From the human T2T-CHM13v2.0 reference genome, Homo sapiens, in assembly GCF_009914755.1 (NCBI RefSeq), contig NC_060947.1: a stretch of 64,000 bases of DNA; one strand, 5' to 3'. The notes beneath the pieces were generated by a model. The model had not been told where the DNA came from. It saw only the letters and a list, made by a program, of their open reading frames with translations, and did not search any database. Shown here piece after piece: positions 14,721 to 27,108 of the stretch. The position numbers were made by a program, and so were the translations under genes. The stretch's first letter is position 1. Each line of letters starts with the position of its first letter.

Positions 14721-15311
14721 TTCCTCTTGGTAGTTTTAAAATTAAAAAAAAGATTATACTGAAGTCTCCGTGAAGATAGAAATGCTAGGTGATTTTTTAA
14801 AGTAAATTATATGAGGATCACGTTACTCAACTCCAGTAGATATTCCTTAAAAATACTAATGACATTCTAAACATGATTCATAATTGGTAAGTGGGTGAGT
14901 CAAGGAAAAGTACATACCTTGGAACTAACAGCTAAGAAATATGATCACATTAGCACCAGAAATTGATTTTTTTCTCAAGCTGTTTGCCAATTGTGTATTG
15001 ATTAGTCATTGTCCTTGAAAATCAAGCTACTATTGATCTGTATCAAGTACCTAAACTCCTCAAGAAATATTTGTGGGTTTTGATGAATTACAAAATAGAA
15101 TAAGAACATAATAGTCTGGTCTATGCAATTTTCATTATTTACATTTCTGAAATAACTCTGTGCATCTTTCTTTCCTTGTTAACTGATATCACCTAGATAA
15201 TGAAACCTTTCTTTCCAAATTACTTCTAGGCTTTGTGAAGTGGTTTTGGATAATTTCATGATAAACGATCTCAGGAGATGCTTGATCTACCTAAGGTCTT
15301 GAATGTCATAG

Positions 15312-15440
15312 GTTTTTTTGTTTGTTTCTTTGCTTGTTTGTTTGTTTGTTTTTTGAGACAGAGTCTTGCTCTGTCACCCAGGCTGGAGTGCAGTGGTGTG
15401 ATCTCGGCTCACTGCAAGCTCCGCCTCCTGGGTTCACGCC
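15312..15440 (-). mobile_element. 5'-truncated AluY-like (3' part of right arm only)
   Basis: (TTTG)n tail and cactgcaagctccgcc; bounded by TSD gaatgtcataggttttt (15301) and gaatgtcctagtttttt (15441). Confidence 0.92.
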
Positions 15441-16419
15441 GAATGTCCTAGTTTTTTAGTTGATCAATAGAAACACTCTTGAAGATGTACAGTTGAAAAT
15501 ATAAAGTACTTAAGCCATAACTTTTTTTCTTCTGCAAATGTAATTGTCTCCCATTTTAAGAAAAAGTACTTTGAGAAAATAGAAAAATTGAACACTGCTG
15601 CTTTTTGGATATAGAAATAAAAAATGAGGACACTCTAAAGTCAGAAAGAAGGAGTGATAGAAATGAGGACAAGACGTATGTTTGCAAGATTAATTGGCTC
15701 ACTACTATTGCTAAAAGCATATAGAATATCACTAAATGTTAAGTAAGGAAAATTACCAAACTGCCTAAAGCATTTTGTGGAAGAGTCAAAGGCCCATAAA
15801 ATTGAACCGAGAGAATCTACTTTTCCCTTCTTCTAGTACAAATAAAATGGAGGTTTTTCTCTTTCTTTTCTACATTTGAATGAGACTAAAGAGGCTCAGG
15901 TGGCCTTGAGAGCCTTGGAACTGAGATTATTATGTAGAGATGACAGCTAAAGAAGTATCAACCTGAGGTTTGACTTAATTGGTTTCTGTCTACAGGACCC
16001 CATATTATTTATCCCAATATGGTTTCAAAATTCTTTGCTTCCCTGCAAAGTAGATGTTCCCTAAGATTACCTCCTGCCTACCAGGCTGAGTGTCAATTAG
16101 TTGAAATGTTTTGTAATAGTTACTGCTTCCACTTTAGCTCAGCTGGATTCAGAAAGGGAGGGGGACTGGGTAGCTGGAGTTGATTTAGGAAGCACTGGGC
16201 TGTATCTCATTGACATGTGCTTTAGGAAATGGCTTTGAGTGGTTCCCACTTGTCCTGATTATAAATGTCTGCTACCATACTGGGGACTAGTGGTCTGTTA
16301 AGAACCTGGCAAGGAAGATCCCTGACCTGGAATTCTATTTTTAAAGAGTTTCATACTGGTCCTCCCATAACTATACTCTGCTATACAAGATAGAGTCCAT
16401 AGGGTCAAGGGGTCTGACA

Positions 16420-16602
16420 ATTCTAATTAGAACCAGGATTTCCAGATTTTTATGAATTACATTTGTCAAGATAGGAGTATAAAATATATTTTAATTAACA
16501 GTTTGCTAGTTTGATTTATAAGATTTATATATTTGGGTAAATAGCGTGTGGGCTTTTATTTGTACTCTTCACCTGAACCCTACAAATGTTAGGAGCAGGC
16601 CT
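16420..16602. mobile_element. hAT-type MITE (MER53-like)
   Basis: Ends atttgtactcttcacctgaaccctacaaatgttaggagcaggcct. Confidence 0.5.
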
Positions 16603-16699
16603 ACTTGTCACTATTCCTTTAAGGCAAAAGAAGACGTCACCTGACCAATTCCTGGACCAAATCCAGTGCTGCTCCTCTCCCAAATCAGAATAAAGCATT

Positions 16700-16830
16700 C
16701 AACTGGTCCTGCCTCTCCCACTAATTAACTGTGGGACCTTGGCATGTCACTTCTTCTGAGTGTCAGTTTTTCCATCTGTGAAATGAGGCGGTTGGGCAAG
16801 ATGAGCTAAATATTTTTTTCCAGTTTTTCC
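16700..16830 (+). mobile_element. MIR fragment
   Basis: actgtgggaccttggcatgtcact...cagtttttccatctgtgaaatgagg. Confidence 0.7.
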
Positions 16831-17969
16831 AGAACTAAGAGTGGCAAAGAGTACACAACTATTTTTGGCTTTATCAGGCTTAGTGGGACCTTGAAACCCT
16901 TTTGAACCAAGGCTTCTATGGGTAAAGCAGAGTGGACCCTCAATACACATTTGTCTCATGAGTGTGCAGTGGACTTGCTCTAGGTCTCATCGACTTCTGC
17001 ATATGAAAATGAACTTGATAACATTTATAACCCCAGTTTCACCAGTTTCTATGTATATGCTTAAGGCAAGAGTCTCCACCCTCCTCAAAATTTCACTCAA
17101 CTAGTTATGGGCATCCCTGGATTGTTACAAGTGAATTTCTTAATAGTTCTTAGGGTTTTCCACCCAAGGATGTCGTATTAGTGTCTGCTGGAGAGATCCT
17201 TTCTCCTTGAACCACCACATTGCACTTTTAGCTTCTGTGCATGACAAACAGAATGGATGGTGGTGCCAGTGCACCATTTTCCAATGCCACGAAGACTATG
17301 GTACTTCAGAATGAGCTGCAGCCAAGTCATACACCATATTGACAAGGAGGAGTGCCCCTCTTTCATTCTTTTCATTTTATTTTCTATTTTGTCCCTGGGA
17401 TAGCAAAGCAGGGGTGAGTATGCTCCGCTCCCTCACGGTCACATGTGAAAGCAAGGTTTCTCTCAACAGCCCTCAGAAACAGATCCAAGGATCACACAAC
17501 AGACCTTGACACTGGCCTCAAAATCCCCGTGTTTCCCCAGATGCTGAATGTCATCAGACCCACATGAACATCAGTCAGGCACAGGCCCATGGATTACCGG
17601 CCCACTAACCTGGCAGATATACCAGATATGAGAAAACAACTAAGACACAACAAATCAGTGAATGAATGAATGAATAAGATACTAGGAAAATGATGAAGTA
17701 CTGTGATACTGTACTGAAGTACCCATTTAGTACAGCGATACTAAAGTACTAAAGTAAGTATAGTGATACAGATGAAATCAGATATCATTTCAGAAATTCA
17801 ATTAGATGCACATTGTTTATGGATATTTGCTGATTGTTTTAGGCCTTAGTGAATGGGTCTTGCATTTTTGGCAAACCAGTAAGCTAATAATTAATATTCA
17901 CTGAGTACTTTGATATGCCAGGAACTGGGCTACACATTTATACGCATTATCTTATTTATTCAATTAGGT

Positions 17970-18171
17970 CAGGGGCTAGAAGAATTTTTCTGTAAAGGGC
18001 CAGATAGCAAATTATTTTCAGTTTTATAAGCCATTATGTGTCTGTCACACTATTCAGCTCCAAAAGCTAAAGTGTAAACAATTGGGTATGTCTATGTTCC
18101 AATAAAACTTTCTTTACAAAAATAGGTTGCAGGCTGAATTTAGCCTGTGAGCCATCATTTACTGACTGCTG
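17970..18171. mobile_element. MER58A (hAT-Charlie) inserted in a MIR (about 17885-18340)
   Basis: ttttctgtaaagggccagatag...tgttccaataaaactt; MIR sequence on both sides. Confidence 0.8.
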
Positions 18172-18769
18172 CTTTATGGAATTCATGAGGATGGTACTGC
18201 TTACCTCTTTATTTAACAGGCAAGTTGGTTGAAACATCTAAAGGGGGGCTAGGCAATTTGCCCAAGGTTTTAGATACTAAGGAGGGGAACTGGAATTTGA
18301 ACGTAAGCAGTCTGATTCCAGAACTCATACTCTTTAGTATAGAGTCATTTCTGGTACTTGCCAGTAATTTGAAGACCGTACTTAGGTGAGAAAGTTGAGA
18401 GCTGGGACAAGCCTGTGAGCCTGCTTTGTGTGTGGGCTTAATGTTTCCTTCCTTATCATCATCGTCAGCACAGAGCTTGATATACGCTGACTATGTCAAA
18501 GAAAAAAAAATCTAGTAATAAATGAGAAGTCACTTTCTTGGTTTTTAACCATCAACTCATGCTTCGCAATATCAAGAAAGCGTAGTGTATGTTCCATGCT
18601 AACAACCTGTAATTAGAGAATTGCAGTGTTCATGACTTCTTAATTGCTCTAATATGGTGATTTCAATTCCTACTCATTAATTTTGTTTCCAACACAGCCC
18701 CTCAAGCCAGCTCCACCTTTCATTAGAAGGCCATGAGTCAGTAATGATAGTTATGATGATGATAATGAT

Positions 18770-18995
18770 AATCATTCTATTAACACATTTATATAATATA
18801 CTCTAAACCACTCACTCTTCTAAACACTTGAATACTTTAATTCATTTACCCTTCATAGCAACCATTTTACAGATGGATAAACTGAGACCAAGAGGTGTTA
18901 AGCAATTTGGCTAAGGGCAAAATACCAGTCAGTGGCCCACCTGGGATATGAAGACAGGCACTCTGGCTCCAGGGCCCATGCTTTTAAATTGCTAC
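18770..18995 (-). mobile_element. MIR
   Basis: ccattttacagatggataaactgagac...tctggctccagggcccatgcttttaa. Confidence 0.75.
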
Positions 18996-19350
18996 TCCTG
19001 ATAGCCATACAAGGACGAATTTAAAGTATACTAAAAGGCACAACTTTTCATTTTGATTGGTCACCCCTGAGTAGATAGAATGTAAATTGCACGTGGTGAT
19101 TGACTATGAACAGTCTGAGGGATTCTTCATTCTTAGAGGGACTGTAACATTCCTTGAGTGTGAAGGAATGGGACATCCTCATAACCAGTCTCTCTTGTTC
19201 ACTGTTGACACTGGTGATATATACAGATGCTAGTGTCCATTCCCTAAGACAATTTAGAGGAGTGATCAACTAAGTGTGTATGTGGTGGCAGGAAACGGGG
19301 GAGTCATGGGGCACCTCAGGAATGCCCAGGGGCATGGATGAGGGCACATT

Positions 19351-19650
19351 CTTATTCTTATTCTTATTAATGAGACAGTGTCTCACTCTGTCATCCAGGC
19401 TGGTGTGCAGTGGCGCAGTCTCAGCTCACTGCAATCTCCGCCTCCCGGGTTCAAGCAATTCTCATGCCTCAGCTTCCGAGAAGCTGGTATTACAGGTTTG
19501 CACCACCACACCTGGCTAATTTTTGTATTTTCAGTAGAGATGGGTTTTTGCCATGTTGGCCAGGCTGGTCTCAAACTCCTGGACTCAAATGATCCACCCA
19601 CGTTGGCCTCCCAAAGTGCTGAAATTATAGGCGTGAGTCACTGCACCAGG
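19351..19650 (-). mobile_element. Alu (old S/J type), full length
   Basis: Dimeric Alu with (CTTATT)n tail; TSD gagggca(c/t)att. Confidence 0.93.
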
Positions 19651-20040
19651 GAGGGCATATTAACATTTTGAAGTGGAGGAATTTTCCTTTATTATTTATA
19701 ATTTTCCACTTCAAATTTTCTTTTTTGAAATTGTACTCCTTTATGAATACAGCAGATATGTTGCTGGAATTTCACTATGTCCTCAGAATTACCCTTTCCC
19801 TATATGCAGTCCAATTTCTTATTGTCAGCACCTTCAACTTTTTGCCTGAGAAACAGGGTGGAAGTGCCAGGGAACTAAGATTCCCTGAAAGCAGCTCTAA
19901 CCAATAATTGATGAGAGTTGGTATATAAATATCCCAGCACCATCAACCCAGAGCAGAATAATTTTGAAGGATGTATGTATGTTCTGACTCTCAGCACACC
20001 CCAGATGATTAAGTTCCACCGTGGAAACTGGCTTAATAAT

Positions 20041-20107
20041 TGTATCAGTCAAGATTCCACCAGAGGTACAAAACCAGTAAGATGGATGGATGGATGGATG
20101 GATGCAT

Positions 20108-20167
<60 letters not shown>

Positions 20168-20234
20168 GGATGATAGATAGATAGATGATAGATAGTTGAC
20201 AAATAGATAGAAGATAGTAGCTAGCTAGATAGAT

Positions 20235-20269
<35 letters not shown>

Positions 20270-20644
20270 GATAGATAGATAGATAGATGATAGACAGATA
20301 GATTTATTATTGCAACGAATTGGTTTACCTGATTGTGGGGCTTGGCAAGGCTGAAATTCACAGGGCAGTCCATCAACAAGGGTAGGCTGGGACTCTCAGG
20401 CAGGAGATGATGCTCCTGTCCACAGGTGGAATTTCTTCTTCTTCAGGGATATTTCTGTTTGAAGATCTTCAACTGACTGAGTTAGGCCCACACAGATTAT
20501 TTACGATAATCTTCTTTACTTAAAATCATCTAATCATAGACAGTAACTACATCTACAAAACACCTTCACGGCACCAACTAAATTAGTGTTTGATAATTGT
20601 GGACTATAGCCTAGTTAACTTGATGCGTAAAATTGACCATTACA
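20041..20644 (-). mobile_element. MLT2-type (ERVL) solo LTR
   Basis: tgtatcagtcaag...aaattgaccattaca with TG/CA ends; TSD a(t/c)aat. Confidence 0.85.
20081..20303. repeat. Compound (GGAT)n/(GATA)n tetranucleotide STR inside MLT2
   Basis: Directly visible. Confidence 0.98.
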
Positions 20645-21134
20645 ACAATGTACCATTTATTGGTTATCTTCTTTTCTTGATCTCACTCCTCTACAAGTGT
20701 TTTATTGGATTTCCCTCTTGAATAAACTATCTGTATTTGAATTCTTGTCTCAGGGTCTTTTTCTAGGAGAACCAACCTCAGGCAAAAGAACTGGTGTCCT
20801 CATGGGTTCTTCATCTTCCTAACAAAAATTGCATTCAAAGGAAAAAATCTGAATTCATAACTCATAATTGACTTAAATTCTAATAAAATGTGACCTTCAT
20901 CAGAAATAAGGACATTTAAAACATTCCCTATTTTTGTAAACAATGATGTGCTCCATGAGAACTGTGGCTGGTGTGTACTACATGTGGAAAAGGCACGATG
21001 CAGATTTTTAAAAATCAAGACAAAACATTTATAATTTTTAACACATCTATAATCACAGATATTTACAGATTTCAGGAAATTAAGAAACCACCTCAGTGCT
21101 GATCAACTATGAGCTACTATAGGACAGAGTAGTC

Positions 21135-21665
21135 TTTTTTAAAATACAATCCTGATAATACCACATCTTCATGCAAATTCTTTCCATACCTACTTTCAAT
21201 TTTTGGGAAAATTTTCAAACTCTTCAGTCTGACATTTAAAACTCACCATGGCCTACTCTCTACCCTTGTAATTACTTACTGCTTCCCATGCTCCAAACAC
21301 ATGGATCCAACACTTCTTGGACTGTGCCATGCCTCTACCTCACAGTAGATTGCTTGACACTGCTCTTGATGTAAATGTGCTCACAGGTCCCTACTCAGCT
21401 CAGTTCTAAGCTGGCTACTTGCTACTTGTCCTTTGAAAATCCAGGTGTCACTTCATTGAGGTCTTCCCTCACCACCCCACACTCCTATTTGGATTAAATG
21501 CTTCTCCTGTGAGTTCTATCACATCTATTTCATACCTATATGATAGCACCTCTAGTACAATTGTTTGTCTCCTGTTTGAGAACAACACTGCTATTTCTTG
21601 GTGCCTACCTTCTAGCTCAATGCCTGACACAAAATGGTAAAGAAATGTTTGAAATGAATTAAATG
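21135..21665 (+). mobile_element. L2 3' fragment
   Basis: Pyrimidine-rich, ending gctcaatgcctgacaca...aaatgtttgaaatgaat. Confidence 0.65.
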
Positions 21666-22192
21666 AACCCAGTGAGTCCCTTGAATCAACATCATTATGT
21701 GCTTCCTTTGAATTGAAAGAACCTAGAATATATTTGTACTTTAAGTGTCACAATTTTCATGGAGCATCTATCATTCCCCATATAGGGCTTTTAGCTCCAT
21801 CTTTTCTTCTGGGTATCTGTGCTATTTAGGACATTTTTATAGATGGAAGGAAGAATTTTTCCACATGTTTTCAACTTCCATAGCATTCTCCTGGCTCCAC
21901 TCCCAAGAATACCCAACAAGTTTATTACACTTGTAGATTTGCAAATTAGCTTTCATGAGTAAGAGTGCCATTCCTCTATGAGAACCCAGAGCAGGGTTTG
22001 CTAGAGACAGTTTGCCAGGAAGGCAAAGACACTGAGTGGTTGCTAGCTCATCAAACCATTTACTGTACTTCTCCATTTTAAATCAAAAGTATTGATAAAA
22101 ATGGATTTCCAATTGGTGGACTTTTCACTTGAAACCTGAAAAAGTCCAGGAGCCAACTGAGGGTCTTTTCAAGACATTGTCTGTGCACGTGT

Positions 22193-22253
22193 CTTGCCCT
22201 TTTTCTGTTCCTACGAGAAAAAGACCCACTTGCCCTTTTTCTGTTCCTACGAG
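22193..22253. repeat. Perfect 25-bp direct duplication with 11-bp spacer
   Basis: cttgccctttttctgttcctacgag at 22193-22217 and 22229-22253. Confidence 0.97.
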
Positions 22254-23550
22254 CCTCCTTTTCCCAGGGAGAGAGATCATCTTGAGCCTTACCTGTAAGC
22301 TCAGCTTATCCCAAGTTTTGAGGCTTAACCGCATGTATGCTGTGTGAATGTATGTAGAGAAGGGATGGGGATCCCTCCACCACAAAGCCTTACACTTTAA
22401 CTTTCAAGTAAAGAGAAGGAAAGCCTGGCCTATTAGTTTGAATGGTATTTTACTGTTCATTGTTCTACCAGAGCTAATAACAATAATAGTAACAGCTTTT
22501 CATTAAGCGCAATTTACCAGACATTGCACTGAGGTGTTTATATACATGTCAATATATTAATATAATCTTCATAATCAGCCCATGCAGTAGACTCTGCAAG
22601 CTCCATTTTACAGCTGAAGAAAATGTGACCACATAGGTAATACATTGGGGAAAAATTTAAGAAATTTGAGTTCAATTCTTAGAAATCTGCTATAAGACTT
22701 ACTATGAGTCCTTCTCTGACGTTTTGCTTTCATTCTGAGCCTGAGTCTCTGTTGTTATAAAAAATCTTGATGATGATGACGACTCTAACTTTAGTTTATT
22801 GAGGCACTGTTATGCACCATGTGTTTTACATTTAGTTAACCAAGTGACGGTGCTAGGATTGAAATTCAAGGCAATCTGCACCAGAGCCTGAGGTCTTTTC
22901 ACTGCAGTGTGGACCACTGCTCTCTCAAGGCTGAGGCTTACTCATGTTTTCCTCAGTCATTCTAGTAACTGTGGCCTTGCCCGTGGACTCCAGCCATGTG
23001 ATTAAGAGGTGGCTTCCTTCCTGGCCCCTGCTGCCTCTTTTTCAGTTTTGAATCTTAGCCCACCTTTTGTCCCAGATCTGCTTTGGTAAATCTTCTGACA
23101 CCATTAGCTGCCTGTCTTCTGTGCTTCCCATTGCTATCTCCCTGCCCCAAGCACTTGGCTCCAGTATCTCCTGTCACCCAACATCATGCTCCCTTGCCTG
23201 ATTGGTCTCCTCTCTTCCATACATATGGACCTATCCATAAGCTCCTCACCCACATCCTATGGAAAATATCTCATTTTTCAGGTCAAAGCCTCAATTTCTC
23301 TGGCCTAGCCCTAGCTTTCAAGTGTTGAAATCCCATTTTGGAGTATGAGGGGCAGCTTTGGTCTCTAAGATCTATACATTAATCAATGGCAAATAAAGAA
23401 ATAAAGACTCTTTGGTATCTGACTTAAATATCACTTTGGAAGTGACTGAACTCCCAAAGTATTTTAAATCCACGTCTCTTGAAGCACACAACAATTTTTG
23501 TCATATTTAAATATAGATACATCTTACACACTGATTCTTTTCATTCAGAC

Positions 23551-23927
23551 TGTATTAGTTCATTCTCACGCTGCTATAAAGAACTGCTCGAGACTGGGTA
23601 ATTTATAAAGGAAAGAGGTTTAATTGACTCATAGTTCTGCATGGCTGGAGAGCCGTCAGGAAACTAACAATCATGGCAGAAGGGGAAGCAAACACGTCTT
23701 TCTTCACATGATGGCAGGAAGGAGAAGTGCAGAGCAAAAGGGGGAAAAGTCCCTTATAAAACCTTCAGATCTTGTGAGAACTCACTCACTATCACAAGAA
23801 CAGCAGCATGGAAGTAACTGCCTCTATGATTCAATTACCTCCCACTGGGTCCCTCCCATGACACATGGGGATTATCGGAGCTACAGTTCAAGATGAGATT
23901 TGGGTGGGGACACAACTAAACATATCA
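23551..23927 (-). mobile_element. THE1 (THE1D-like) MaLR solo LTR
   Basis: tgtattagt...catatca termini; perfect 5-bp TSD cagac. Confidence 0.93.
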
Positions 23928-25162
23928 CAGACCACATCCCCCTTGAGGGCAATAAAAGTTTAATTCATATTTGTGATACTAAAAGAAACAGCAAACTGGG
24001 GAATAACTGGGTATCTTGAAATGTAATACCCTCAATGACAGATATACTCTTCATTCGAGTCACCGAATTCACAAACATTTAGAATTTACGGAGGAAACGC
24101 ACTTTTCTCATACACAGTATTATTAATAACAAAAATTTGGTAATATGTTAAATATGCTAAAGTTAATTTAAATAATAATTCACAGAGACTCATTAAAAGA
24201 AGATAATAGCTTGTGCTAAAGAACGATATTAAGTAGTAGATATTTTTTCTAAGATTTGTAAAATCTTGGACTCTGTAAAGTCACACAAACTGTGAAATAC
24301 AGTTCATTAAAAGTATTTATTCTATATTGAAAATGCTCGGTTCAATATCAGCAGCGAATGAGTAATGAAATTCAGGTAAAATGTGAGTCAAACTCAGAGT
24401 AATCAAGTACATAATGACCAAGGAGAAATTCACTGATATGTTTACTACAGTACTGATCTGTTTTATCCGAGTCATTTATTTGGGACAAAAAGGAATTCTG
24501 CCATTATACCTTTGATGTAAATCAAACGCAGTCGCCTGCCTCATACTGACAATACTGTCAGTTTCCAATTGATTATAAATAGAAAATGGCCCTCCCTGCT
24601 ACCATCTCCATACGTGGGCTTATTTTCCTAGCCATAATCACCTGAAGTCTTTGTAATTTAAAGGCCTAATTTTCTGCCCTCATTTTCATAAAGACTTTTA
24701 TAGCAGGCACAATACACTCCAGTGGGTAAGTAATGTATCATACCCTTGGTACATGCAAAGATTACTTCATTAATTACAAAGAAAAACTACTTAAAAGGCC
24801 ATATATTTTCCACAACCTGTTCACAGAAAAGGCCATAGGTGGCCATTTAAAATCATTTGGGTGTACATAAAATTATCTTAAACATTATACATGTACATTA
24901 AACATTTTTACATGTACAGAGTTTTAAAAGAGAAACATTTCTATAAAGTTTATAAAGAAAACAGCAAATCCTTTCCTATTCCTCACAAGCTATTAACTGC
25001 TCTTAGGAGGCAACCACTTTCAAATACTTTGGCTCTTTCTATTCAGGTATACAGTATCCCAATTGCTAATTCCTGATTTTTTTTTTCTGTTTTCAACATT
25101 ATCTCTTGACTTTTTACTATAGAAAATAAAGACTCAGCTGTCTTAGACACTCCCTTTCCACC

Positions 25163-26026
25163 TGTAGGAGAAAGAATAATAATTATTTTCAAAACTCATA
25201 AGTTCTTAGTTGTAGTGAACCACTGTAAAAAAAAAAAAAAAAGATTAACAAGAGAAAAACAGCTGGGTGTGGGGGCTCACACCTGCAATCCCAGCACTTT
25301 GGGAGGCTGAGGCAAGCAGATTGCTTGAGCCCAGGAGTTCGATACCAGCCTGGGCCACATGGCGAAACCCCATCTCTACAAATAATACAAAAATTAGCCA
25401 GGTGTGGTGCTGTGCACCTGCAGTCCCAGCTACTCAGGAACCTGAGGTGGGAGGATCAGTTGATCCCAGGAGGCAGAGGTTGCAGTGAGCTGAGGTTGCA
25501 TCACTGCACTCCAGCTTAGGTAACAGAGCAAGACCCTGTCTCAAAAATAAATAAGAGAAAAACAAACAGAAGTATATTCACATATATATTTCATATATAC
25601 ATGGGAGACACCAGGGATTGAGTGGTTCTCAAAGAGGTAGCTTTGAATTCCAGCTTATATAGTATCTTCAACAAAAAACGGTAAATTTTTGAGAAGTGCC
25701 AAGATAATGGAAAAGGACCTCGAGTCTCTGGGGGCAGCAACTTTTGGGAAGGCAAAAAATAATAATAATAATAGCAGATAAAGGCTAATTATTAAAGAGT
25801 GTTAATGTAGATTTCTCTAGTACCATCTGCAAGCCAACAAGCATTCAAGCTGTCTTCAGTGGTTAACCTTTGTTCTCCCTGGTAGAGAAAGGGTAAGGAT
25901 ACCTTTAGTCTTTGTACATCTACGTATTAATTTTAGGAAAACAAAGGGAGGGCAGAGAGCTTTCCTGTATCTATCCTTAAATTCAACAATCCTTCATGAT
26001 TTGGGGGAACATTCTGATCTCCCACA
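25163..26026 (-). mobile_element. ERV1 (MER4-group, MER34-like) solo LTR with nested Alu
   Basis: tgtaggag...ctcccaca termini; 4-bp TSD (c/t)acc. Confidence 0.7.
25261..25552 (+). mobile_element. AluJ
   Basis: ttgcttgagcccaggagttcg and agaccctgtctc; TSD aagagaaaaac. Confidence 0.93.
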
Positions 26027-26211
26027 TACCTCAACTTTCAAACACATACCTCCCAATTGGTATTTTTTCATTCTCTGTATTCTTTGGAAAGATAAACATT
26101 CTATGTTGTGTTATTATTACAAATTTAACATAATTGAGCTATGTAGTTCCCATGCTTGTATTTCATTTCTTGTAAAACTATAAAACTTTTTTTTAATGTT
26201 CCTGGACTTAA

Positions 26212-26280
26212 TCTTTCTCTTTCTTTTCTCTCTTTTCTTTCTTTCTTTTCTTTCTTTCTTTCTTTCTTTCTTTCCTTCCT

Positions 26281-26320
<40 letters not shown>

Positions 26321-26383
26321 TCCTTCTTTCTTCTTTCCTTCCTTCCTTCCTTCTTCATTTCCTTTCCTTTCCTTTCTTTTCCT
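26212..26383. repeat. (TTTC)n/(TTCC)n polypyrimidine tract
   Basis: Directly visible. Confidence 0.97.
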
Positions 26384-27108
26384 TGGTTTCTCTGAGCCAT
26401 ATTTCTCAGAGTTGAGTTGGAAAGCGAGTTAAGAAGGGTCTAAGTTCAGATGTTCATATTTTTCTCCCCTCTCCCAAATTTTGCATTTGTGACCAATCTT
26501 CCACAATGTCTGGTGTCCCTGAGGGCAGAGTCTTACTGGTTTAAGTTCTTCACAGAATAAAATATCTGGTCTTCATCACGGATCAGGGAGAGGATGTGAA
26601 ATTCATTTAAGTGCTGCTTATGCAACCAATCAATCAAGTCTCCTCTTTTATTAAACCTACTTTCCATCTGATACTATTCCTTAGCGTTTTTGAGCTTCTG
26701 CTGATGGACTCCATTTGTTTCTGTGTTTCCTGTACTACAGTCTAAGATATCAGTTTTCTCTGATCTGTTAGGACAGTTTCCACTTGCCTAATTTGCTTTC
26801 TGGTTTGCACTTCTTCAGTGTCATTTCCTCTCTATTGTCTTCATCTTTTCGTGAAATAACTCCTATTTCCTTTTTACTGACAGCTTGGTGGCTTTGAAGA
26901 AAAAATAGCAATAAATGCATGTGTTCAATTTACTAGATATTACTAAAATTCCTCACATACGTAATTTTTATTTTCTTAAATTTATATAAATAAATCTGTC
27001 ACCTAAATTCTCTCTGAATTCAGATTTAGGAGTTCTAAATGTAAGAAATAAGTTGGTATATCATGTTAACCTATATCGTTTTGGGGCCTTAGCCTCAAAT
27101 GGCAATGA

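Larger units (their letters stand above)
19760..20785 (+). mobile_element. ERVL LTR16-like LTR split by the MLT2 insertion
   Basis: 3' part aataaac...cttgtctcagggtctttttctaggagaaccaacctcaggca; 5' part lies before 20040. Start approximate. Confidence 0.55.
24870..26955 (-). mobile_element. HAL1/L1M-like ancient LINE, interrupted by an LTR, an Alu and a TTTC repeat
   Basis: aggcaaccactttcaaatac 3' motif, T-rich body, and a 5'-terminus-like end near 26950. Highly diverged. Confidence 0.45.

Noticed and set aside
22193-22253. Repeat-spacer-repeat resembling a minimal CRISPR array
   Set aside because: There are only two copies with an 11-bp spacer, in a primate genome with no cas genes; a local duplication explains it.
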